Shown piece by piece: positions 52,397 through 60,002 of a DNA stretch of 64,000 nucleotides. This DNA comes from Promethearchaeati archaeon. GTDB lineage: Archaea; Asgardarchaeota; Heimdallarchaeia; Heimdallarchaeales; Heimdallarchaeaceae. The notes under the pieces were generated by a model. The model saw only the letters and a program-made list of their open reading frames with translations, ran no database searches and was not told the origin of the DNA. Each line of letters begins with the position of its first letter. Positions within the stretch are counted from its first letter, which is position 1. Where the stretch lies: positions 224,009 to 288,008 of the forward strand of contig JABLTJ010000001.1 in assembly GCA_013166775.1 (NCBI GenBank), written 5' to 3'. The translations under genes were made by a program, and so were the position numbers.

Positions 52397-53161
52397 ATGT
52401 CGACACTTGAAAAAAAGAAAGATAAGGAAGAAGATGAGGAAATTGTCGAAAAAATCGACCTTGAGCAATTGAAGGAAGAAAAAGAAGTTTCAGAAGAAAA
52501 ATTAAAGCTAATTAAAGCTAGCATTGAAGGGTTGGAAATCACAGAAGAAGATCTCAAAGCCACCATGCCCATTGTTGCGATTTCTTCAAAAGAAGACATC
52601 TCAAAAGAACAACGTGCAGTTTTAGAAGTTGAATTCGAGGATAGTCTTCCAAAATGGGTCAAAGCACCATGGATGTATATTCGACCTAAAAAGGAATCTC
52701 AAGTCGAATCTTGGCTTGAAAGTTGGTCGGCTATTGTTTTAGATCATTCAAGAATATTCGTTATCCATATCATTAATATCAATGAATTAAGATCTGAGTT
52801 TCCCTTTAAAAATTCTAAAGTTAGCAAAAGGTTAACTATAGAACAAGTGAGGGAGATTGTTGATCAACTTGTTAAACAAAATATTGCAAAATGGTTAGAT
52901 GAAAAAACAAAAACAAGGGCAAGAATTTACTGGAAAGCAAATGAAGAATGGGCTGATGAATTACTTGATTTTATGATTGAAACTGGACGAGTGGTTGAAA
53001 TTCACTCACTTTTTGACCTTACACAATTAGAAGAAAAATGGAGTAATTTACCTGCTGATGATTTGATTCTAGTTTGTGAGATGCTTGTGGAGAAAAAAGT
53101 AGCAAGATGGTTAAACAAAGATAAAACAATAATTCAGTTTGAAGCTGATAAAGTGTTTTAA
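52397..53161 (+). CDS. vps25: ESCRT-II Vps25-like tandem winged-helix protein with acidic N-terminal extension
   Basis: PWMY.RP....Q..SW...WS, ARIYW...EEWA..L; directly after vps4. Confidence 0.8.
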   Translation: MSTLEKKKDKEEDEEIVEKIDLEQLKEEKEVSEEKLKLIKASIEGLEITEEDLKATMPIVAISSKEDISKEQRAVLEVEFEDSLPKWVKAPWMYIRPKKESQVESWLESWSAIVLDHSRIFVIHIININELRSEFPFKNSKVSKRLTIEQVREIVDQLVKQNIAKWLDEKTKTRARIYWKANEEWADELLDFMIETGRVVEIHSLFDLTQLEEKWSNLPADDLILVCEMLVEKKVARWLNKDKTIIQFEADKVF

Positions 53162-53227
53162 TTAGAATCCCATCAGGCCTGGGAGTAATTGAACTCTTCT
53201 CATCTCACAAACTTCGCTCTCTTCTTT

Positions 53228-54130
53228 TTATTTCTTCTTCTTATTGAAAAAAAGGTCTAGATTTGATTGAATCTTCCTTTCCTTTCTTCTTAATCTTTCG
53301 TTTCTCTGAAAATTTATGAATCCTTTCTCCGTTGGTTCTATCCCAAATAAGTGACATTTGAAAGTATATAGATTATATTCAGTTACTTTTCCTCTTCTCC
53401 TTTGAACAAAAACTAATTTTTCAAATTCAAATGGATCTGGATAAAGTAGTAAATTACAACCCTTACACATCCAGAGTTCTCTTTCTAAGCTTAATTTGTG
53501 TGTTTTTTGCTCAGTAACAGCTATATTCAGTGTTTCTGTGTTACTACCTAATTCAGAACTACAATACGGACACTGGTACACATCTTTTTCTACATTTTCA
53601 TTGGTTTGTTTAATTATATTTACTGATTCTATAAAATTGTAAATATCTTCTTCTTCCTCAAATTCGTTCTTTTTATCGTAAACACAATGTTTTCTTAACC
53701 AATCATCATCAGGTTCATCTGGAAAATCTTGCATTATATAGAAATCACCCTGTATGACATCACAATATTCACACACATTCACCCAGTATTTCGTTTTTAA
53801 AACGTTACTAAATCTTAGTTTGAAAGGGATTCCGTCATCAACTAGTTTTTTCTTAAGTGAATTATCAAATAGAATAAAACTAAATTCATTTAGTTTCCAT
53901 TTTTTTAGATTTGGAGTAACATATTCTATTGTTCCAATAAAATTATTGTTCTTTCTTTTGCATCTAAAGCATTCTCTCTCAAACGAATAGACACGAATTC
54001 TTTCCTGCGGAAAAAGAATATAAGCTATTTCAACCAACCTCTCTAATGTGAAATTTATCCTCTCTTTATAGATTAAGTAGCTGATTATAATTAGTTTTCT
54101 CATTTTGTTGTGTTTTCTTACATACTTCAC
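53228..54130 (-). CDS. Multi-Zn-finger protein with C-terminal PIP box
   Basis: CFRC, CEYC, CPYC, CKGC; ends KIQSNLDLFFNKKKK. True start may lie about 30 codons inside. Confidence 0.7.
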   Translation of the reverse strand: MKYVRKHNKMRKLIIISYLIYKERINFTLERLVEIAYILFPQERIRVYSFERECFRCKRKNNNFIGTIEYVTPNLKKWKLNEFSFILFDNSLKKKLVDDGIPFKLRFSNVLKTKYWVNVCEYCDVIQGDFYIMQDFPDEPDDDWLRKHCVYDKKNEFEEEEDIYNFIESVNIIKQTNENVEKDVYQCPYCSSELGSNTETLNIAVTEQKTHKLSLERELWMCKGCNLLLYPDPFEFEKLVFVQRRRGKVTEYNLYTFKCHLFGIEPTEKGFINFQRNERLRRKERKIQSNLDLFFNKKKK

Positions 54131-54138
54131 TTAAGAAA

Positions 54139-54203
54139 TTAAAGTCTATCTGTTCAATAGACAAAAAGACTTATATATTTTAAAGTCTATCTGTTCAATA
54201 GAC
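54139..54203. promoter_or_regulatory. Twin operator: two identical 24-bp units, each with palindrome GTCTAT-N7-ATAGAC, flanking a TATA box
   Basis: TTAAAGTCTATCTGTTCAATAGAC at 54139-54162 and 54180-54203; TTATATAT at 54171-54178. Confidence 0.8.
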
Positions 54204-54213
54204 GTGTAATTAT

Positions 54214-54741
54214 ATGGGAATAGTATATGATAAGTATTTCAAGATTACAAGGTTTGATGAATTATTTGATTTATTTCATAAAGACGATGATATAGACTCT
54301 GCAGGAAGAGACTTTCTTTATGAACAATATGATAAATCAGAGAAAGCACAATCAATCATTCTTCTAAACAATCAGAAGAAAGAAGCTTGGACAAGTCTTC
54401 ATGAAGTTGATAAAATTAACTTAGATAATATCAAGAGTGAACAATATATAAAACGTGATTATTCAGAGGTTATAGTTTTTTTAATTAAATGGGATCATAT
54501 AGTAATTGATAATGAACTTGAGGATATTTTAACTGATGATCAACACTTTGTTTGGTATCTGAGGGATGTATATGAATTATCTTATTCTGAGATTGGTAGT
54601 ATAAGAGAACATATGGAAAAAAGTGCCAATGAGAGTACCATGAGAGATATTTACATGAAAGCTAGAGTAAAAATGAAGAAGCTGTTAGAATTGTGTGACA
54701 AATATTCAGATATTTTAAGAGGGATTAAGAGTGTTAAATAA
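54214..54741 (+). CDS. Putative regulator with C-terminal sigma70 region-4-like HTH
   Basis: LTDDQHFVWYLRDVYELSYSEIG...ESTMRDIYMKARVKM matches the L..Q..V..LR...LSY.EI...T.....AR pattern. Confidence 0.65.
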   Translation: MGIVYDKYFKITRFDELFDLFHKDDDIDSAGRDFLYEQYDKSEKAQSIILLNNQKKEAWTSLHEVDKINLDNIKSEQYIKRDYSEVIVFLIKWDHIVIDNELEDILTDDQHFVWYLRDVYELSYSEIGSIREHMEKSANESTMRDIYMKARVKMKKLLELCDKYSDILRGIKSVK

Positions 54742-54982
54742 TCAAGAAAAACTACCCATTAGTGATTTCTACACAGTACTAAACTATCAAACAATTAGTA
54801 GATCAAGTAGATGGTGGTCTTTTATCGTTCTAATTAAAGCAAGAAATAAAAAGAAAATTGGTCTTTATCTTTTCCAAAAGAAAAACGATGAATGGAAGAG
54901 GAAACATAAGTTCACAATCAGCAGCAGAGAGGAGTATGAAGATATTAAGAAAGTGTTAGGAAACTATTCAAAAAATTTGTGA
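54731..54982 (+). CDS. Small basic beta-rich protein, possibly PC4-like ssDNA-binding
   Basis: TI.RS.RWW..IVL...IGLYLFQ...WKRKHKF.I plus C-terminal helix; overlaps both neighbours. Confidence 0.5.
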   Translation: MLNNQEKLPISDFYTVLNYQTISRSSRWWSFIVLIKARNKKKIGLYLFQKKNDEWKRKHKFTISSREEYEDIKKVLGNYSKNL

Positions 54983-55407
54983 TGAGGAAAATTATGAATT
55001 ATCAAATATTGGTGGATGGACAGAATCTACTACGTCATAGAGATGGAACAATAAAACTTCAGAATCTTATCATCCTTAGAAGTTGGGCGAACAAAAATGG
55101 AATAGAGATTAAAGTGATTTTACCAGATTCAAGGAGATATAAAGAGAGAATTGAAGGAGTAGAGGATATTGTTTTCATTAATTATCATGTTCATGATGAT
55201 AGTGCTTTAATCCAACTAGCTATTGATTTAGATTTGCCTATTCTTTCTAATGACAAATTTAGAAATTTCATGCATCTTTATCCAGAATTTGATTTTAAGG
55301 GTAAAGTATTTTCTTTTGATATTGTACTTGGAGTACTTGTTTCAGAAATAGTTGATGATTTTAAATCACAAAATGAAAAGTTTCCTCAAATCATGGTTAA
55401 TAGCTAA
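54979..55407 (+). CDS. NYN/PIN-fold RNase, Zc3h12a (Regnase-1)-like
   Basis: ILVDGQNL, HDD..LIQLA, ILSNDKFR give the acidic catalytic set. Confidence 0.8.
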   Translation: MMRKIMNYQILVDGQNLLRHRDGTIKLQNLIILRSWANKNGIEIKVILPDSRRYKERIEGVEDIVFINYHVHDDSALIQLAIDLDLPILSNDKFRNFMHLYPEFDFKGKVFSFDIVLGVLVSEIVDDFKSQNEKFPQIMVNS

Positions 55408-55516
55408 GAAAATTTTATTTTTCATTTTAATGTGTGTTTAACAAGCTTGTATCACTAATCTTTATAATAGATTTATTTCTTACTAAAGTGATAATTGGCT
55501 AAATGAATGAATTCAA

Positions 55517-56260
55517 ATGAATATTATACAATTCTTTAATGAGGTTTTTGACAAAGATGAAGTTCAAAACATTGCATTATTTTTTGGTTTGAGTACTACT
55601 GGAAAAAAAGCAGAAATAATAAAAAGAATAGCTAAAAGTGAAAATTTTGATGTGAATGAATTATTGAATCATTTCAATAGGGATCAATTATATATTCTAT
55701 GTTTTAATTTAAGACTACCAGTCTCAGGAACCAAAAAAGAGCTTTGGAATAGAATTGTTACAAGATTTCAACTTGATAGGGAAATTCCTGTAATTGAAGA
55801 ACCTGAACCAGATGAAGTATCACCTACTCCACAGATTGATGAACAGATACCAGAGGAAAAGCAGATAGTTGAGGATAAGAAAGTTGATGAAGAACTCCAT
55901 GAAATTGCAGATATCATTAGCAACTGGGTTCCTGATATGAGATATATCCATGAAGAAGGATACCAAGCTGAGTTAAGTTCCTTACTAAAATTAAAACACG
56001 GATTTAAAGTACAAAAAGAGGTGGGAGCTACACAAATTGATATCTTAGTAAATGATACTATCCCCATAGAACTTAAAAAGAATCCTAACCGTGGGGATTT
56101 TGATAGACTCAGTGGTCAAATTATTCGAAATATTGATACATATGGAAAGCTGATAGTAGTTATCTGTCAGTTGGAAACTCAAGAACTTTTTATGGAATAC
56201 AAAAGCAGTCTTGGGAATAGATACTCTTCTGAAGAATTAGTTTTCATTGTGAAGTCTTAG
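55517..56260 (+). CDS. Tandem SAP-like domains fused to a PD-(D/E)xK nuclease domain
   Basis: GLSTTGKKAEIIKRI and RLPVSGTKKELWNRI; acidic Pro linker; EEGYQ..L...KE...IDILV...IELK. Confidence 0.7.
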   Translation: MNIIQFFNEVFDKDEVQNIALFFGLSTTGKKAEIIKRIAKSENFDVNELLNHFNRDQLYILCFNLRLPVSGTKKELWNRIVTRFQLDREIPVIEEPEPDEVSPTPQIDEQIPEEKQIVEDKKVDEELHEIADIISNWVPDMRYIHEEGYQAELSSLLKLKHGFKVQKEVGATQIDILVNDTIPIELKKNPNRGDFDRLSGQIIRNIDTYGKLIVVICQLETQELFMEYKSSLGNRYSSEELVFIVKS

Positions 56261-56313
56261 AAACATCTTTCTTCTTTGTTGTTTTTATATCAAAAGCCCT
56301 TTAGTTTCTTAAC

Positions 56314-56535
56314 ATGAGTGAGTATTCCAATTATAAGTTAGGTAAAGTTGATCTTGAAACAGAAAACGCTTATCTAGCTATAATTGATAATTTTACAGAT
56401 AGGGAAATTTGGGTTCCTAAATCCGTTGTTGGTCCTGATAAAAGAATCAAACAATGGTTTATCAATCAGAAAGACAAAGAACTGAAAGATTTTATGAGAA
56501 AGAAGAAGCAATCAGATTTAGCTCGATTCTTCTAA
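56314..56535 (+). CDS. Small phage-like protein with C-terminal PIP box
   Basis: ETENAYL...EIWVPKS; ends RKKKQSDLARFF. Confidence 0.7.
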   Translation: MSEYSNYKLGKVDLETENAYLAIIDNFTDREIWVPKSVVGPDKRIKQWFINQKDKELKDFMRKKKQSDLARFF

Positions 56536-56565
56536 TTTCTTGGTTTTCATTTATACTTAATAAGT

Positions 56566-57246
56566 TTATATAAGCGAAGCATATATTGGAGACCCAATAA
56601 CAATTTTGATTTTTCTTGAACCAATCTCTTGCGTGTCTTCATATAACTTCTTTGCTAAAAATTCTATTTCTTGTTCTACTAATTGACCTAGATGTCTTGA
56701 ACTGAGCCACTCGATTGCATGATAAGCACCTTGATTTACTGGTGCTCTTAGATTATTTACAATCTCATCATTAGGACCAAATGAATCTAGTCTATTAAAA
56801 AAAACAGATATATTAAATAGGTCTGATCTACGTGTTTCATCAAACATCGGAGGCTCTTCTGTTGTTACGTGTTTAGGCGTGCCCCCTAAAATAAAAACAA
56901 GATCACCATAGTTCTCTTGCTCAGATTTCTTTCCCTTACGAGAAAGAAGATAAAAAATGACCATCCTATCAGATTGTTCGAGAGATAGAATTCCCCATTT
57001 CAGTTTTGCAGTATCTTGTATGTACGATTTTGGGTTATTTATCGTCCCTACTTCGCATTTTTTTAAAATATATTCTGAAACTTTCTTCGCTTTTCTTAAT
57101 TTATGCTTCTGAGCATCTACAACAAGACCTAAACTGAAAAAGTTTCTAAAAGCTAGATTAAGCTTGAAATTTATTTTACTCCAGCTATTCATTTGAGGGA
57201 ATAGCATTTCTATTTTTGCATCTGAACAATACAAATAATATTTCAT
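56566..57246 (-). CDS. DUF7019/SAVMC3_10250-like hypothetical protein
   Basis: MKYYLY.SDAK..MLFPQ N-terminus and EFLAK.L...GSPIY C-terminus. Confidence 0.6.
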   Translation of the reverse strand: MKYYLYCSDAKIEMLFPQMNSWSKINFKLNLAFRNFFSLGLVVDAQKHKLRKAKKVSEYILKKCEVGTINNPKSYIQDTAKLKWGILSLEQSDRMVIFYLLSRKGKKSEQENYGDLVFILGGTPKHVTTEEPPMFDETRRSDLFNISVFFNRLDSFGPNDEIVNNLRAPVNQGAYHAIEWLSSRHLGQLVEQEIEFLAKKLYEDTQEIGSRKIKIVIGSPIYASLI

Positions 57247-57360
57247 AGTAAATCTATATATTCGTCATAATTAAATGTTCTTCGGATTTCATCAACTTGA
57301 TGTGTTTTTGTAATTCCTTGTGTTACATGAACTTATTAGATTTTATTCAAAATTCTTACT

Positions 57361-58284
57361 ATGGATAAGGATTCAGATCCCTTACTTAATTCCAAAAAAG
57401 ATAATTTCAGAAAACACTTTAGATGGTATTTAGACGAAGGATATAAATTTAAGGAAATTCCTGAAGAAGAGCGGAATTATGAGAAAGCTATAGCGTTTTT
57501 AGAGAGAGCTGCAGAGGAATTAGAATCTGCTGAAGCGACTTTGAAAATAGAAAATTATAGGGACACTATTTATCATTCTCAACGAATTGTTGAATTAATT
57601 GGAAAATCCCTACTATTAAGTTCAGGATATGCAGTCGAAGAGGATTTCAAAGGAAAAATAGGGCATAGATTTTTCCAATATATTTTGAAGAAGTTACGTG
57701 GATTGTTGATATCAATGAGTAAATATCTTAGCGACAGTTTTAGCGAAGATACGATTAAACAAATAGATCGATATTTTGGGGATTCTGGTGATAAAGACAC
57801 AAAAAAGAAATCCTTAGAATTTGATAATTACTTAGAAGTTGAAAATACATTTAATGAGTTTTTTTCAAATATTGAGTATGTTTCCAGTGTATTAAATAGT
57901 ATTGATTTCATTGATTTAACTAAAAATGGCATAGATGAAACAATTGATATCATTCTTGATGAAGCTAAGCATGAATTGAAGAGAGAACTTTCAGATAAGG
58001 AAATACAGCTATTTACAAAAGTATATGAAAACAGTTTAAAGAAAGCTCCTCCCATAAAAACTGGTCTTAATACTTATATTGTTGTTATGTTGCTTTTTTA
58101 CATATCATTTCTAAGCATGAATTTGGAACCTCATTTTGAATCTGTAAGATATCCAGATCATACAGCTCCTGTTTATACCAAAGATACAAATTTAGTTAAG
58201 AATTTACCAGTAATTCTTCGCCTAATCTCAAAAATTATCGAAGTCTATTATTATCTTCTATCCATGAATCTCCCACTTGGTTAA
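57361..58284 (+). CDS. HEPN-domain protein with large helical insertion
   Basis: FLERA.EEL.SA......Y...YHSQ..VE..GKS, IGH, terminal RYPD. Confidence 0.72.
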   Translation: MDKDSDPLLNSKKDNFRKHFRWYLDEGYKFKEIPEEERNYEKAIAFLERAAEELESAEATLKIENYRDTIYHSQRIVELIGKSLLLSSGYAVEEDFKGKIGHRFFQYILKKLRGLLISMSKYLSDSFSEDTIKQIDRYFGDSGDKDTKKKSLEFDNYLEVENTFNEFFSNIEYVSSVLNSIDFIDLTKNGIDETIDIILDEAKHELKRELSDKEIQLFTKVYENSLKKAPPIKTGLNTYIVVMLLFYISFLSMNLEPHFESVRYPDHTAPVYTKDTNLVKNLPVILRLISKIIEVYYYLLSMNLPLG

Positions 58285-58554
58285 TAAGAGTCGCTTTCTT
58301 TGCCTTTTATCGAGTTTATAAATCAATCTTAATATTATATTATGGAGATTCTTTCAAGACTCCAAAAGTGGGACACTCGCTGGAAAACCCATACGACAGA
58401 AAAAAACGGAAAAATCATAAACCATAGGCTGAAAACAAAGGTTTAGTTGTTTGTTGATTGTCTCTAGACCTAGAAATCGTTTATTATTTGCTTGAAATAA
58501 TCTAGAAACCAGTTAATATGAGTCCTTCCAGCACCCTTTCAAATTAATGTTTGA

Positions 58555-59682
58555 TTACTTCTTCTGAAGAATATCTTGCAACTTTAGTTCAAAATCATTA
58601 TAGACTTGTAGAAATTCTGCTGGAATCACATTCTTAGCTGAATCATTTTTCCAGATAACCGAATATTCTTTTTCACCAAAAGCAGGATTTATTATTTTAA
58701 GGATTTTAGAGTCTTTTTCAGCTTCTGAAGAGATTTCATTTTCATATGTGGAGACATCTTTGTACGATGATAGAACTAAAGCTGATAAATCTGGATAAGT
58801 CTGTAGATATGGATGTATTTTTTCATTCAGTTTCTCAAATAGCTCTCTAATATTAATGGTTCTACTTCCTCCGTAAATACAAAGAATCCCTGCATTATTA
58901 TTTGCTTTTAGTTGTTTTTGTTTGTCTATGATAGTTTGACGTACTTTATCTTCAATTTGCTTCTCTTCTTTATGAACAAACCTCATTCCTTTATAAGTTA
59001 CTATGTTTTTCATTCCTCTAGGGAATAGTTCAAGAACGAGTATACCTTCTTTTATGATTGTAGTTTTTTTACATTCTTCTTGAGCTTCTTTTACTTTTTC
59101 TTCAATTTCCTGAAGTAGATTTTTTTGAATACTTATTGGAATTTTAATTAGATTTCCGCTCATAAAAATTTTATATTTCCTCATTAATACATGCAAATGT
59201 TGATAAAAAATCGTTATTTCTCTATATTCATTCGGTTGATTTACAGTTGTAACTTCAATATTGAATACTGTTTTCCCCAGTTTAACTTCTAAATCTGGTG
59301 TGTTTTCACTAACATTTTCTTTCACAAAAGTAACATCAAAACCTTGAATTTTAAATTTCAAAGCCATTTCTATCTCATAGAGTGCAGCATAAGCGTCAAA
59401 AAAATCAAAACTATTAAAGACTCGCTCAATTCTAGGTTCATAATTTGGAATGGTTGAAAGAATTTTGAATAATTTGTTAGCTCTAATCAACCAATAATAA
59501 TACATATTTGAATTAAATTTTATATCGAAAGGTGGAGTAGTAGGAACTTTAAGATTTAATTTCTCGGCAAATTTTCTGATTTCTAATAAGGAACTCAAAA
59601 CATATATTTCTTGATTTGAGTTTTCATGTACGGATCGATGAAATTCTTCACAAAAATCCCACGAATTCTTTTTTTCACTCAT
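58555..59682 (-). CDS. Restriction-endonuclease-like (PD-(D/E)xK-fold) hypothetical protein
   Basis: ALYEIE.A...V.F..E...TPDL......IEVT, DKQKQL. Confidence 0.55.
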   Translation of the reverse strand: MSEKKNSWDFCEEFHRSVHENSNQEIYVLSSLLEIRKFAEKLNLKVPTTPPFDIKFNSNMYYYWLIRANKLFKILSTIPNYEPRIERVFNSFDFFDAYAALYEIEMALKFKIQGFDVTFVKENVSENTPDLEVKLGKTVFNIEVTTVNQPNEYREITIFYQHLHVLMRKYKIFMSGNLIKIPISIQKNLLQEIEEKVKEAQEECKKTTIIKEGILVLELFPRGMKNIVTYKGMRFVHKEEKQIEDKVRQTIIDKQKQLKANNNAGILCIYGGSRTINIRELFEKLNEKIHPYLQTYPDLSALVLSSYKDVSTYENEISSEAEKDSKILKIINPAFGEKEYSVIWKNDSAKNVIPAEFLQVYNDFELKLQDILQKK

Positions 59683-60002
59683 CTCTATTCCAGCCTTTTT
59701 AATCTATTCACTATTTAGATATAGATATAACGTGATAAACTGTTAATTTCATATTTTAGTCCCTATTGCGACCATAATATATACAATTATAGTTATCTCT
59801 TACAAAGATTCTCACTCCGTTTCTTTGCTTATATCTCTCTTTGATGATATTTTATATGATATGCAAAATGATTTACTTAAATTCTTCTTTCTGAAGGATT
59901 TCATATCAAAATCATATCTTCTAAGAATGATTTTATTAGTAAACATAAAAATTCATGTAATTAGAATGTTCTGACATATCTTCTCTAGTACAACATCTTG
60001 AT

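Noticed and set aside
54139-54203. 24-bp direct repeat as a mini-CRISPR
   Set aside because: There are only two copies, the 17-bp spacer is too short and contains a TATA box, and no cas genes are present.
58285-58554. Intergenic stretch with a 34-codon ORF and a possible IS-end-like sequence (CCAAAAGTGGGACACT)
   Set aside because: No partner inverted repeat, target duplication or transposase was found, so it cannot be supported.
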